This document shows, piece after piece, positions 27,083-39,595 of a stretch of DNA of 64,000 nucleotides (its first letter is position 1; each line of letters begins with the position of its first letter). A program made the position numbers and the translations under genes. The notes below the pieces were generated by a model, which ran no database searches, was not told where the DNA came from, and worked only from the letters and a program-made list of their open reading frames with translations. Source of the stretch: Rhynchobatus australiae (Eukaryota); assembly GCA_034780895.1 (NCBI GenBank), contig JAUZTB010000002.1:57669797-57733796 (forward strand). Direction: 5' to 3'.

Positions 27083-28525
27083 TTAATTAATAACAGTTGG
27101 GAAATTAATTTGCTTTGGAATTGATTATTTTTGTTGGCTGCAGATAATGTAAGAACATGATTAAGTTAAAGTTATATACTGGATCAGTTGAAGGGCATCA
27201 GATCAGCTGGAGCCCATGAGATGAAAGTTAGCATTATGATTGATCCTGCAATTTCTTTGATCGGTGCTGCTTCAGTAAACTGTTTCTCAGTACTTTTTTG
27301 GAAGTGCCAACTTCAACAGCAAAGCCAGTTTAAAGTTTTATTCTTTTTTTTAAGTCATATTTTTATTATTTTGCACTTTAGAAACCTGTGTTCTTTTTAG
27401 TGTCTGGTTGATCTATTCAAAGAGCAACAATAATTATCTTAAGGCAAGTGCTTTTGTAATGGTCCAAATATTATGAAGTCTATGTATTGTTGTCAGATGC
27501 GGCAGAGAAGTGATAAATTCCATCTGTATTTTGTCACAAAGAAAAAGACAACCGCCAACCAACTTAGATTTTTTTTGTGTGTGTATTTACATGTGTGGCT
27601 GTGCAAATGTGCATGTGTGCTCTACACTAATGCACAACTGGGGGTAATGGAAACATCCCTTAAATCTGGCATGAATCCAGCTTGTTTATAATCTATTATT
27701 TATCCCTGATGACATTACAAAATTCTGGAAATACACTTTATGGTGGCTCTTTTCTTATTAAGCTCCTTTTATTGTGTCAGTGAGTTATTCATTTAAATTA
27801 CTGGTTGTAATTCATGTTCCATTATTCCAAATTAAGACACCCCTTTTCCAAATGTTAAATTTTAGCAGGTTTTGTTGAGAGGGACGCACTCCATTTCTCC
27901 CAATACTGGTAACTTAGCTCTCAATTAGGAGCTACCTTTCTATTCCTACTACAGGCAATTTGGCTTAAGTCAGCAAATTTTTCTCAGAAGGACTTGTCCT
28001 CATGAATAAGTAACCAACCAGACAATTCTCCTCGTCCCAAAATCTGCTGGTATTCAGATGAGAAAGCCTTTTTTTCTCCTTTCTCTTTGTGTTAGCTAGT
28101 GTTTGTATTTTTCTTTTAAAAGCGGTTTCTTTTTGAAGTTAATCTTCACCTGTGCACCTGCAGCATGTCAATCCATCTGCTCACAAAGCATAATTTATGA
28201 AGTGTTACTCTTGGTAACAAATCAATAGGCATGAATAAGGTATTCCATTTTTAATCTCAATTTAATAGTGCCGAGTAAGTGTGAAGAGCACTTTAAAATA
28301 ATGCACGTAATTTCTTGGTACAATCCATCTTTAGTGAATAAATTTTCATCTAACGGTATAGCCATGTTTGACAAGAGGCTTTGTTTTCGTCTGCGTTGCA
28401 GTGGAGTGCTGAAGCTGTTTTTTTGATGCACAGTCTTGTTCTGAACCAGACAGTCTGAGTGCTTGAATTCCCCAGTGTTTTTCGAGAGAGACGGGGCTTA
28501 ATTTCTTTGTCTGTTCATTCAATAG

Positions 28526-28622
28526 GCAAAGAAAAGACGAGCTAGAGCAGCGGATGTCAGCCTTGCAAGAGAGTCGCCGTGAGCTGATGGTGCAGCTTGA
28601 AGGACTAATGAAGCTGCTGAAG
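28526..28622 (+). CDS. DTNB: beta-dystrobrevin exon: [32 protein letters not shown], coiled-coil helix 2
   Basis: Acceptor ttcaatAG|G and donor AAG|GTaaga. 97 nt, phase 2 to 0. Overlaps ORF 28554..28841. Confidence 0.97.
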
Positions 28623-29633
28623 GTAAGAAATGTTCCCTGCCACAATATAGACTTTAGAAACCTTCATCTCCTTTATGGATGGAATATTTTATTCCCCTGT
28701 TTTTGTTTGCTCTGGCTTTGTTCTTGGCATTCATGTAATTCATTTATCCAATTTACTCTTCACATTATTATTACATTAAATTATAATTGGAAAAAATATG
28801 CTCACCAATTTAAATTTGTATTTTTGTGTACTCTGTCATGAAATGAATTTTCTCAGCCAACCAAGGATGCTTTACTTCTGGGGAACTGTGATGACGCATT
28901 GTGCTTTGAAAAGGTGGGACAAGGTTCACAGGCAGTCAGACTCCTGCACTGAGCTTCTAAAGCGCAGTTGTGCAGTCACAGGCAATGTAGGACATAGGTG
29001 TAATGATCCCTGGTGGAGAAGCCACCTAGGGTTCTTTGGTATGTGTCCCAGAAGTTATGTGAAGATCTGACTGGAAGTGTTTGCTCCTGAGCAGAATGAG
29101 AGAGAGAAAAAACAAAAATTACTTTAGAGTTAAGAAATTTTGTATCTTTGCCGAAATCAGCTCAGTTCATCTTCTTACCGTTTTGAACATTTTGTAATAT
29201 TTCAGTTTCTGTTCATATGACTGCATGCAGCTATGTTTTTAATTAAGGAATGTGCAATGCTAATAAGGGAATTTTGACATCTCAAATCGATCTCAATTTA
29301 GATACGATTTCAAAAACAAAAATGCATTAGACTCCCGTGTTGGTGATTTAATGGCCTTGAATTATTAAGTGATTCTCCCTTTTCAGCTCCAGCTGAGATT
29401 TTCCCATGGATTCTGCTTCTCTTCAGAGTTACAGCCACCCAGCTCCCCTCATTCCTCCCCCCTCCCCCCNNNNNNNNNNNNNNNNNNNNTGCAAGTAATT
29501 TATAACAGTCTTTTAGGAAAGTATATTAATCTATAAATCTACCTTGGCTGAGAAGTTGATGTTGTCGAGAAGGGTATTACCAATGACTGTGAACAAACAT
29601 TACTCTCACTGTTGTGGGTTTTTTTTCTCCCAG

Positions 29634-29804
29634 GCCATGCTAGTATTGGGTAGGGATTTTGACCCAAAGCACAGAAGGGCTGATAATGGTCCAGAACTTG
29701 CTGACAGCAATGAGTCACCTGCACAGCATGTTGGTTCCCAAACAGAGTTTGGCATGCCTGCTGAAACTTCCCCCACAGGAGCTTCTGGTACAGAGATGAT
29801 TTGA
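29634..29804 (+). CDS. candidate alternative terminal exon of DTNB (56 aa, AMLVLGRDFD...SGTEMI*)
   Basis: ctcAc branch-like site ~29605, ttttttttctcccAG acceptor, open reading in phase 0 matching the donor at 28622. No homology recognised. Confidence 0.4.
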   Translation, partial: AMLVLGRDFDPKHRRADNGPELADSNESPAQHVGSQTEFGMPAETSPTGASGTEMI

Positions 29805-32149
29805 TCCCACATGGTAAAGGCCTGTGCATCAACAGAGCTTTATGAAAAGGACTAAAAAACACAAACAGCTGAAATTTTGACAGTCAGCCAAGCTTTTCAA
29901 TGTGGCTTAGCAGGTTGTCAAAGCTCCTGAATCACCTGTTTTTTGCTGATGTTCACAAACATTTAGAAAATTACTAAAATTATTTATAACTTTGAATTTT
30001 TAAATGCAAAAAGATCAGCTGAAACACATATACATCCAGATACAATCAAGGCAATTAAATCAGCAAATACTTGAGACTCAGTGCCACTTCATTGAAATCA
30101 ATGGAGCAGATTGTCCTTGACCTGGATTTTCTGCCAGGTCCACCTGGCTGGACTCTGGATGCAGAGGGCTGGACAAGATGACCAGTTGAGGCAGAACAGG
30201 CTGCACACCTCATATCCTGAGGTGTCACCACACCCCACCCCAGAACACTTTGAAGCTTTGAACCACTGTGAAATTTTATAGTAATTAAAAAAAAATAAAG
30301 GTTCGAATTATTTAAAAAAAATAACAATAATACATTTAATTAAAGCAGTTCAAAATACTAATGAATGATTGAAAATGATTAATATCAATTAAGTCCTTTC
30401 CTGAACTGTTTCCACCGTGAAAGCATCCTGTTATGTTTTCATGCCAGCCCATCCTGAAATAAAGCTGGAGAGGTAGATGCAGTGCATCGGGAATCTCCTC
30501 ACAGCATGTCAGTTCTCTGCTGCTGGCCTGCATGAGTGCAGCACTGGAGTTAGAATTCACATGCACTGGCATCTTGGTTCTGGTTTATCTCACACTTTTG
30601 CTTTAGGCCAGACACACGTGCAAGGCTGCGATGTGCTGAGTCCTGAACGGCTGCAGTCAGCAGTTTCCTATGGAGCTGAAGCCTAACGTTCTGCTCAATT
30701 CCACCCAACTGTGAAGCAGTTCCTCCTCCTCCATTGGGATGTGGAATTCTGGGTTCCCTCACATTCGTCCTGCTTTGGAACACAGTTACGCTGAGAATTG
30801 TCAGCTATTACGCAGATAAATGCTGATATGCTCCCCCCAAAATTTTGACCATGAAATTCAAAGGCAGAGGTGGCACTCCGTACCTGAGTAATGTGAGATT
30901 TTTGAATGCTGTGGCATCTCCCAACTGAATAATGGCTATTTCAGCACAATCCTGGCTTGATTGTATAGGTAGTAGTGAGCCTATGAGGAGTCATAAGGTG
31001 AGCCACTTTTTACAGATTACCTTGTGCTGCTTTTTATGAATCCCAATAAACTTCTGGTGTGATAACATGTTGATGAGGGGGCTTTGCAACAGTTGTTCCA
31101 TCCTAAGTGAGAAGAACGTGATGATGTAGATGTACCACAATTTGGTGCAGTCAAAAATTGGGAAAACCAGGGCTATCCTGTACCATGCACACTGTGAATC
31201 CAAACTATTATCACCATCTCAGTCACTAACTGCTAATTTGGGATGAACAATTCTCTTCATGGTCTCGTGTCCCATTTAACTCTGAGCTAGGCTTTCTATT
31301 CCTCTCCACTGCTTCCTGTATTACATCTTCAATCTCCACTTTATTTCAGTTCGTCCATACCTGAAGCCCGGATCTCCCTGCCTCTTTACCCTAACCCCAA
31401 GTTTTGAGTTGGATCACCAAGCCCCCAATTTTTAGAGAATTTTGTTCAAAATTTAAAGTGGAAGTCTGGCCTGTTACCATGAAGCTAACTTTGTTAGCAC
31501 AGTAAGATATGTACATCATTGCTAAAATTGCTCTGAGCCTTAGAGATGGTTTCAGGACCTTGTAAAAGGTAACTAAGGAGGGAACAATGCAAAGGACCAA
31601 AGGACCTTGTATCCTTGAGAAAAATGACTATCTGATGAGGTTTGAATACAATTGAGTGCACCTGGAAGAGAGACCAAGAAAGCAAAAAAAAATCTTGTAT
31701 TTCGATTGATAGCTTGATCATTATTTTTGTCACATGTATTCAGGTAAATTTATTATTTGATCCTCTGTAATCCTATTGGTCTTAAAGGTCATGCAGCATT
31801 TCTCCTTGCTGTCATGTTTTATTGGGATGTTTGACAAATTTTGTACTGAAATAGCACTTGAGAGTTGAAGTCAGAAGGCATGGAAATATCTTCCACCTTA
31901 AATTGGGCTAATGCCTGATGATTATATGGATATGTTTATACGTAAACACNNNNNNNNNNNNNNNNNNNNNNNNNNNNNNNNNNNNNNNNNNNNNNNNNNN
32001 NNNNNNNNNNNNNNNNNNNNNNNNNNNNNNNNNNNNNNNNNNNNNNNNNATGATTATATGGATATGTTTATACGTAAACACATACCCATTGCAATGTGAA
32101 ATGCTAATAGGTCCATGTGTTCTGCCTTTGGGGTAAAAAAAGATATGGA

Positions 32150-32510
32150 ATAAAGATATTGAGGGGAATAGATTGAGTAGACAGCCAGCGCCCCTTTCCC
32201 AGGGCACCAGTGCTCAATACAAGAGGGCATGGCTTTAAATAATGGGTGGGAGACTCAAGGGAAGTATCAGAGGGAGGTTTTTTTTTACCCAGAGAGTGGT
32301 TGGGGCATGGATCGCGCTGCCTGGGGCAGTGGTGGAGGCAGGTACATTGGTCAAATTGAAGAGATCACTAGATAAGCATATGGAGGAATTTACAATAGAG
32401 GGATATGTGGGAGGAATGGGTTAGATAGTCTTAGGTGAGGTTTAAAGGTTGGCACAGCATTGTGGGCTGAAGGGCCTGTATTGTGCTGTATTGTTCTCTG
32501 ATTCTATGAA
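32150..32510 (+). mobile_element. CR1 LINE 3' end
   Basis: RGRFFFTQRVVGAWIALPGAVVEAGT..LDKHM and tail gggctgaagggcctgtattgtgctgtattgttct. Confidence 0.9.
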
Positions 32511-33439
32511 TCTCAATGATTCCAAAAAGCAGAGTGTGCATTTGTCGAAAAATATATTTTTAGATATTCTTTCAAAGGAAGTTACTTTACAACTCTTGAA
32601 CTAATATTTATATATTTAAGCACAAAATTCATTTTGCTATATTCTGTTATAATGTCAGAAAAATTATATTATGCCCATTCAATGAATTGAAGCCATTCCT
32701 TGAACAATGGGGTTGGAATCCAATTAATTCCCTCAATGGTATTTGTTTAGTATTCAGACAAGAACGCAGGAAAGTGTTAGGAATTAATGCTGTTTAAATA
32801 CATGTTTAACATTACATATTTTCCCTATTTTCATTCTGGATTTGGTTCACTTTTTTGAGGTGTGTGGTGTGTACACATAATTTAAAAATTTCTCATATTT
32901 GCCTACCATGTTTAAACATTAAGTATTCCCCAATCATGACTAAAAGGAAAGCCAAGCTCATTTGCGTTTCCCCTCAACATTAGGGTGGGCGACAACCTCA
33001 AATGAGCCGACTTTAGTGCAATGTTATGATGTTTTTCTCATTTCCCACATCCTGTGAGACCTCTGATATTGCCAATTTAGTTTTGAGAGCCTGTGCATCA
33101 TGTATTTCCTTAAACTCAATCCATAAGTGACTGGGTAAAGATGATGAACCTTGGTCCAAGTATTCAAAAGCCAACGCTCGATTTTTGTTTTATCCAGTTT
33201 TCTTGATTTTTTTTTCCCCAATTCTTTCCATGAATTAAATGTGCTTTATTTTACTTTGCTGTTGAAATACATAATGATAAGCAAGCAAAGTCTGTGTGTG
33301 ATTGCTGAAACATAACAAACAAAATCAAATTGTATGTGAGTTCACCCAATGTGTCAGTACATGTTGGTTTTCAGCAGTGCATTGTCATTTAGTAAACAAT
33401 ACATTGTATGGTAATGGTTATACTCCCTACACCTCCCTA

Positions 33440-33590
33440 TCTTTAAGACACATCTTAAAATCTCCCTCTCTAACCAAGTTTTAGATCCCCTCATGTTGTT
33501 CTTTGTAAGATTTTGTTTGATAATGCTCCTGTGAAGCACCTTGAAATGCTTGCCATATTCAGGGTGGTACATAAAAGTGCAATGTTGCTT
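33440..33590 (+). mobile_element. L2-type 3' tail remnant
   Basis: tttgataatgctcctgtgaagcaccttgaaatg...aaagtgcaatgttg resembles the L2/DeuSINE tail. Confidence 0.5.
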
Positions 33591-34539
33591 AATACATTCT
33601 TATTACAAATCCTTTCTATTATTGCAGTTTTCTTCACTATTTTCCAAAAGATGTTTATTTTAATCACTTTTTTTTCTGAAGCAAAGAAAACTTCATGACC
33701 AGATGAACAGTCTGTTAATCTATTTGCCAGACTCTTGAGATGCAGTTATAGAAATGAGGTACCTCCCCAACGCATTTTGATGGGCAGGGTTATTGTATGT
33801 GTTTCATGGTTTGGGATATGAGGCCACCATCATGTGTATGGATTACTTCACTTCTATTCAATGATCATTTGAGTCATTTTGTACCTTTTGGTTATTGGAG
33901 ATGTTGCCACATCATCCATAGCCTATGCAAATTTTGTTGTGGACCTTCCAATGTGTTCCTTGAGATCACAGCTCAGGGATTGTTGTTTTTGGGTCAATGA
34001 TGAGGTATTTGTTTCCTGCATGTGGTTTTAGGAAACTGTCTGTAAGCATCAGCAACATATACCTGGGCATTCTCTGTGTGTGACTTTAAGGTTCCAAATG
34101 AGTCATTTAAGTGAAGTGTTTCACACTTGAGCTTCATCTTATCCTTACTGATTGATAATACATATAATTTGCACCACACATCATTTACAGTGAAATCAAT
34201 TTAGAGCTAAAATCCTGTCTTTTGAACTCCTACTAAACACCCTTCAACCCTTGATTGAAATGTGAAATTTCAACACTAAAAGGTCTCTTGAGGGATCTTC
34301 TAGGACTGCTCGTTTCCAAACTTTAACGTTCTCTTCTATTCAGTATTATCTGAACTTGCTGACTTTTACAGGCACCGTTGCAAGTAGATATAAATATTGG
34401 GATTCTGAATGAAAAGGACACTCCTGCCAGGTCCTCTGACTTTTGTACCCAAGTTCTCAATATGTGTTCCCATCTCAAAGTGATTACACAAGAGGCATAA
34501 ATTTGTATTTAAAAATCTAAATCATACTCATTAACATAC

Positions 34540-34900
34540 GACTATTGGCGGCTGCTCAATCCTCTTACCTAAGGAAGGATCTAGTAGCATTGAAGGTAAC
34601 CCAAAAAAAGATTAATCAGGCTAATTCCTGGAATGAAAGGGTTATCCTGTAAAGGCAGGCTAAACAGGTTGGGTTTGTATTCCTTGGGCTTGAGAAGAAT
34701 GAGAGGTGATCTTATTAAAACGTATCAGAGGGGGCACATGACAGGGTTGATGGTGAGATGTTTCCACTGGTAGGAGAACCTCAAACGTGCAGACATGGTT
34801 TCAAGATAAGAGGCTGTAATTTAAAACTGAGGTACATCGGATTTTCTTTGCACAGTGCCCTGTGAATCTCTGGAATTCTCTACCCAAGGGAGCTGTGGGA
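34540..34900 (+). mobile_element. CR1 LINE fragment
   Basis: agaagaatgagaggtgatcttattaaaacgtat (RRMRGDLI.TY) and gtgaatctctggaattctctaccc (NLWNSLP). Confidence 0.8.
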
Positions 34901-35912
34901 ACTCTATTATGGAGCTTTTTTTCTGATTCAATGTGGTTATTACTCATTTTTAAAAACAATTTATGTTGTGTTTTTTATAAAGTAGTTTTGAAAAATTGCA
35001 AAAGCAAAGTCCATGTTTCTGTCTGGTGTGTCATGACATATACTATAAAACCCCATGACATTAATTGAAACATCCATGAGCTGATGGTCTCCACATGTTA
35101 ATACAATGTCCAGACTCTTAGATCTATAAAGAATATTTATCTGGTAGACATGAAACAATTTTTAATTATTTCTGTTGATTTCATGATTGTATTTCTATAT
35201 GAAAAGGTAGTACATTGCAGATGAGTTTGCTGGTTTGTAGCCTGGCATCACTGTACAAAATATTGGCCAGCTCTTTTCCTTTTGGCAGTGCCTCCCCATG
35301 TTCAGATTAATTCAGTCAATCACTCTCAGCTCCCATATCCAGGCTATAGTTAAATAAATCAGTTTTGTCTCAAAGCATGGATTATATCTCATCCATTCAA
35401 GTATAATTTGTTTTGCTAGCTGTGGAATGAGGAGGGGATGTCTTTTTTCAGCAATGACAAATAGAAGTATTGCATTAATTAGAGCGAAGTCAAGTTGTGA
35501 GTAAAGTTATGAGAAACATTCCACTTGCCTCATCCAGTTACTGGAAGATTACAGAATAATGATGAAGAAAGAAATGATGAAGGATAAATATTAGAAAGGA
35601 TATCAAGAGATTTCCAATGCTTTGTGAAACAGTGCCAAGGAAGGTGGGGGGTGCGGTTGGGGGCGGTGAATGATCATTAATGCAAAAGGGAAAATCTTCC
35701 TATATTTCCAAGAAAGTGTGTAAATGACTCCAATTGCCTTAGTAAATCAATCATTCCTGGCTTGTGCATTGATCTTTGCTGGAGCCAAGTATGAGCCGTG
35801 ACTTAACTCCCTTCTCTCCTTTCAAACGTTAGAGATGACTATTTACTCTCTAATAATCGATTTTCTCTTTTCTCATGTTTCTTTCTCTTTTTCCAAATGC
35901 TGACTTGTGTAG

Positions 35913-35933
35913 GATGAGGAACAGAAGCAGGCA
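35913..35933 (+). CDS. DTNB: beta-dystrobrevin 21-nt microexon DEEQKQA
   Basis: Pyrimidine tract ~35861-35894, acceptor tgtgtAG|GAT, donor GCA|GTaagt, phase 0/0. Matches recalled human DTNB EEEQKQA (DTNA EEELKQG). Confidence 0.92.
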
Positions 35934-37469
35934 GTAAGTTGAACCCAACCTTACATTGCTGAATATTTAAGTTCTGTGCATGAGGGTAAAATATGAATAG
36001 TCTTTCTGGGGATGGTGAGTGAGTGTGTCTTTGTGTGGCCATACTTGCACAATATGGGTGGGTGTGTGCACACACATATCTACGTATTAACATCCTTTAC
36101 CTTATTACCTCTGCCAATGTCAATGCAATAAAGATATAATGTATATTATTATACTAAATTGTTCAACTTGCACTCCATCCATTATCCACATACTTTTATC
36201 TTTTGTTCTTCAACTTGACTATGTAATTGACATAGAAGCCTACAGTACAGAAGGAACCATTTGGCCTGCTTATGTCTAGGCCAGCAATTTGAAGAATCTA
36301 TCTGAGTAGTTGCACTGTACTGCTCTTTTTCCATTGCCCTACAAATGCTTCCTTTTTAAATGATCTTTCCAGTACTACTTGTAAAGCAATAGTTTGGTGA
36401 TAGTTAATTGGCCAGTTGTTGCTTCTCTGCTTTCTGTATGGATTGATTCCTTTGCCCTTAAGTCTTAACTTTTTTAAGTTTTCCCCTTTCAGGGGTTTGG
36501 ATATTGTTAACAGCTTTCTTTTTAGGGAAGCCCAGACATTTTTACGCCTCCCCAAGAGATCTCGTTCTGATCTCACAAACAGTGCTGGAATCAGCAGTAA
36601 AGGTCCCAAAGGCATGAATGTGGCACTTGCTTTATCCAATTTTGCAGGTTTTACCAGGAATCTTGAAAGGTATGTTTTGCATTGGTGAAAGTAGTGACAC
36701 AGTGGATGGAAGAACGTAAGAACCACACAAAGATCATTCAAAAGTCTTGGTTCACATTGTTCACTTCAGAAGGAGAAGGCCTGGGGTCTATTTTGAGGGG
36801 TTAATTTCTAGACTGAAATGGAAGAGCTAGGGTAATAATCTCAGACAGATGCAGAGGAGAAGATGTCAGATTCCCAGGACAAGTTCTGGGCAAAAAATGC
36901 TGTACAGATGGAACATACTTTGTCTGAATCCAACGGGCCAAGTCAATGTGGAAATAATAAAGCAGAAGAGGCAAAAAGAGTCGTCTTTTATTTTAAAAAA
37001 ATGCAGAATAAAAACTGCTGATGATGGAAGTGGAATATGAACTGGATTGTGTGGCAGAGAGCTGTTTGAGAACTGTTCAAGTGGAAATGTGCCAATAAAT
37101 GCATGGAGCATTATGATGTGAACACACAAGGAAGTAATGATGAAACAAAATAAACACAGTCCAGGGGGATGGTGACCTAAATTCTTCAAAAGTTCTATAT
37201 TTGTGTGCTTGAAGACTCTGGAATAAAATAAGTGTCCTGGAGGCCCTTCTTTGGGAAATGATAGAAAGGGAGAGAGTGAGAGTCAGTTTTTGATACTATA
37301 GGCATAGTTCAACAGTGGAGTAAACTGGGTAAATGTACATGAACACGGGGCATTTCATGGAACCATTAATATAACAGTTGTGCATTTTGAAACAGATGGT
37401 GATAAGGATCATGATAAGAAAAGTGTTCAACCATGGGCTTGCATTGTATGCTTGCACATAGACCAATCT

Positions 37470-38420
37470 TGTTTTTAAAGGTGACTTCAATTTGCCAGAT
37501 GTGGGTTAGAAATTTTATGCTTGATTCTGGAGGAAAAGGGTAATCCTGTTAACTGTATTGAATTATCACCAGGAACAAATGGACAAGGAGTGCAAACAAG
37601 CTGTTGAACCTGATGTAAGTAATAACCAAGAACTACTGAAATGTGTAAGATTCAAAAAAAATCTTGGCACTTATAAACACAAGGTGTTAAATGCATGCGG
37701 AAAGGTACAGTCCTTGAAGGGAAGATTAAAAGAGACAAGTTAAGGAAACCAGAATGGACAGAACAATTAGAAATAAAAATGCCATGGAATTAAAATGAAT
37801 AAACTTAAGAAATCCTGTGCAGGTACACACCACTGGGAATCAAGGTGAACAAGAATTTAGTTCAAGAATGAAGTTAACCAGCAGGGAATTGTCAAGCATT
37901 GCTTTAAGTTTCTGTAAACCATGTAGTTGGAAAAGGAAACAGCCGACCAGTAGAAAGATAATGCATTAACTGATGAAGCAAATATTCTAAATTCGTCCTT
38001 TTATATATTTACAGGCATCTTCTCAGCATGCAAATTGAATACCTTGGAGAAAATTGTAAAACATTTGTAAATATTAGATGAGACGTTGTTTGAGAAAGAA
38101 CAAAATCAAACATCTGGATGGACCACTAAAAGTTACTTACAGATGTTAATAACTAAATTGGTCATGCTACTATCTTCTAGGAATCATTGGGAATGTAAAT
38201 AGTGCTAAAGATTAGAGAACACTCGCCTTGAAAAAAGAGTTCAGAAATCACCCATGCATTTATGATCCTGCAAACATAATATTTTATAAAATCTGTTGGT
38301 AGGCATCATGAGAAAGGAGACAGTGACGTGCTCAGTTATTTAATAGTATGACTAAGAAGTCAGCTTGAATGCTTAATTGATAAGTCCTGTTACAAATGTT
38401 TATTAGGCCTGTGAGAAATC
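37470..38420 (+). mobile_element. very old CR1-like ORF2 remnant
   Basis: ggtgacttcaatttgccagat (GDFNLPD) plus a purine-rich decayed body. Confidence 0.4.
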
Positions 38421-39029
38421 ATGGTAAAACTCTGTTAATCCAGTGTGCTGAGCTTGCAAATTTTCCAGACTATTAGATGTTATTCCAATTAGTAGTGCAG
38501 CACACTTTGACTTTACTTCAATTTAGATGTTACACAATGGTATAATGAATTTTCCAATGATCTTGGTACATTTCAAGGGAGCATGGGAAACAGAATCCAG
38601 TAAGTTTCAAGTGAGCATAGAAGCAGGCTCTGGTGAGTTCCAAGGGAGTGTGAGAAATGGAACCCGATGAGTTTCAAGGGGACACAGAAACTGGTGCCCT
38701 GTTGAGTTTCAAAGCAGTGTGGAAACCGGGGCCATGTTGAGTCAAGGGGAGCAGAGGATCTAGGACCATGGTGACTTTCAAGGAACGGCAAAAACCAGGG
38801 TCCTGGTATAGCAAAGGGAGTACAGGAATGAACACCTGGTGAGACAGATGCCGAACCACCAGGATTTCTGAATAATTGGATAGTGGATTATCAGAGTTGT
38901 ACTTTAACTGATTTTGATGACAGTGGAAGTATTGTAGATGTGACGTGATTCTTGTCGTACTGTGGTACAAACGTGATTTGTCCAAGTGGAAGGTAGGCAT
39001 ATGGTAGGGAGCCTTTTGAGCTGAGCTCT

Positions 39030-39595
39030 AAATGTTGCAGATCTGTAGAACTCTGGTCAGACCACACTTGGAGTATTGTGTTCAGTTCTGGTCACCTCAT
39101 TATAGAAAGGGTGTGGAAGCTTTAGAGAGGGTGCAGAGATTTACCAGGATGTTGTCTGGATTGGAGAGCATGTTTCGTGAAGATAGGTTGAGTGAGCTAG
39201 GGCTTTTCTCTTTGGAGAAGAGGAGGATGAGAGGCGACTTGATAGAGGTGTCCAAGGTGATGAGGCTTAGATCAAATGGACAGTCAGAGACTTTTTCCCA
39301 GGGCAACAATGGCTAACACAAGGGGACATAATTTTAAGGTGATTGGAGGAAGGTATAAAGGGGATGTCAGGGGGTAAGTTTTTTACACAGAGTGGGTGCA
39401 TGGAACGCACTGTCAGCAGAGGTTGTGGGAGCAGATACATTAGGGACATTCAGATACTCTTAGATAGACACATGAATGATAGAACAATACTGGGCTATGT
39501 GGGAGGGAAGGGCTAGATCGATCTCAGAGCAGGATAAAATGTCGACACAACATTGTGGGACGAAGGGCCTGTACTGTGATGTAGTGTTCTATGAA
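39030..39595 (+). mobile_element. CR1 LINE 3' end
   Basis: ORF 39032..39316 LVRPHLEYCVQFWSPHYRK..RRMRGDLIEV and a CR1 tail. Confidence 0.92.

Noticed and set aside
28346-28645. Antisense ORFs over DTNB exons (also 62546..62788)
   Set aside because: Shadow ORFs of the coding strand with no independent support.
36298-36741. 147-aa minus-strand ORF and overlapping plus-strand ORF
   Set aside because: No recognisable domain or splice context, and adjacent to a CR1 tail remnant.
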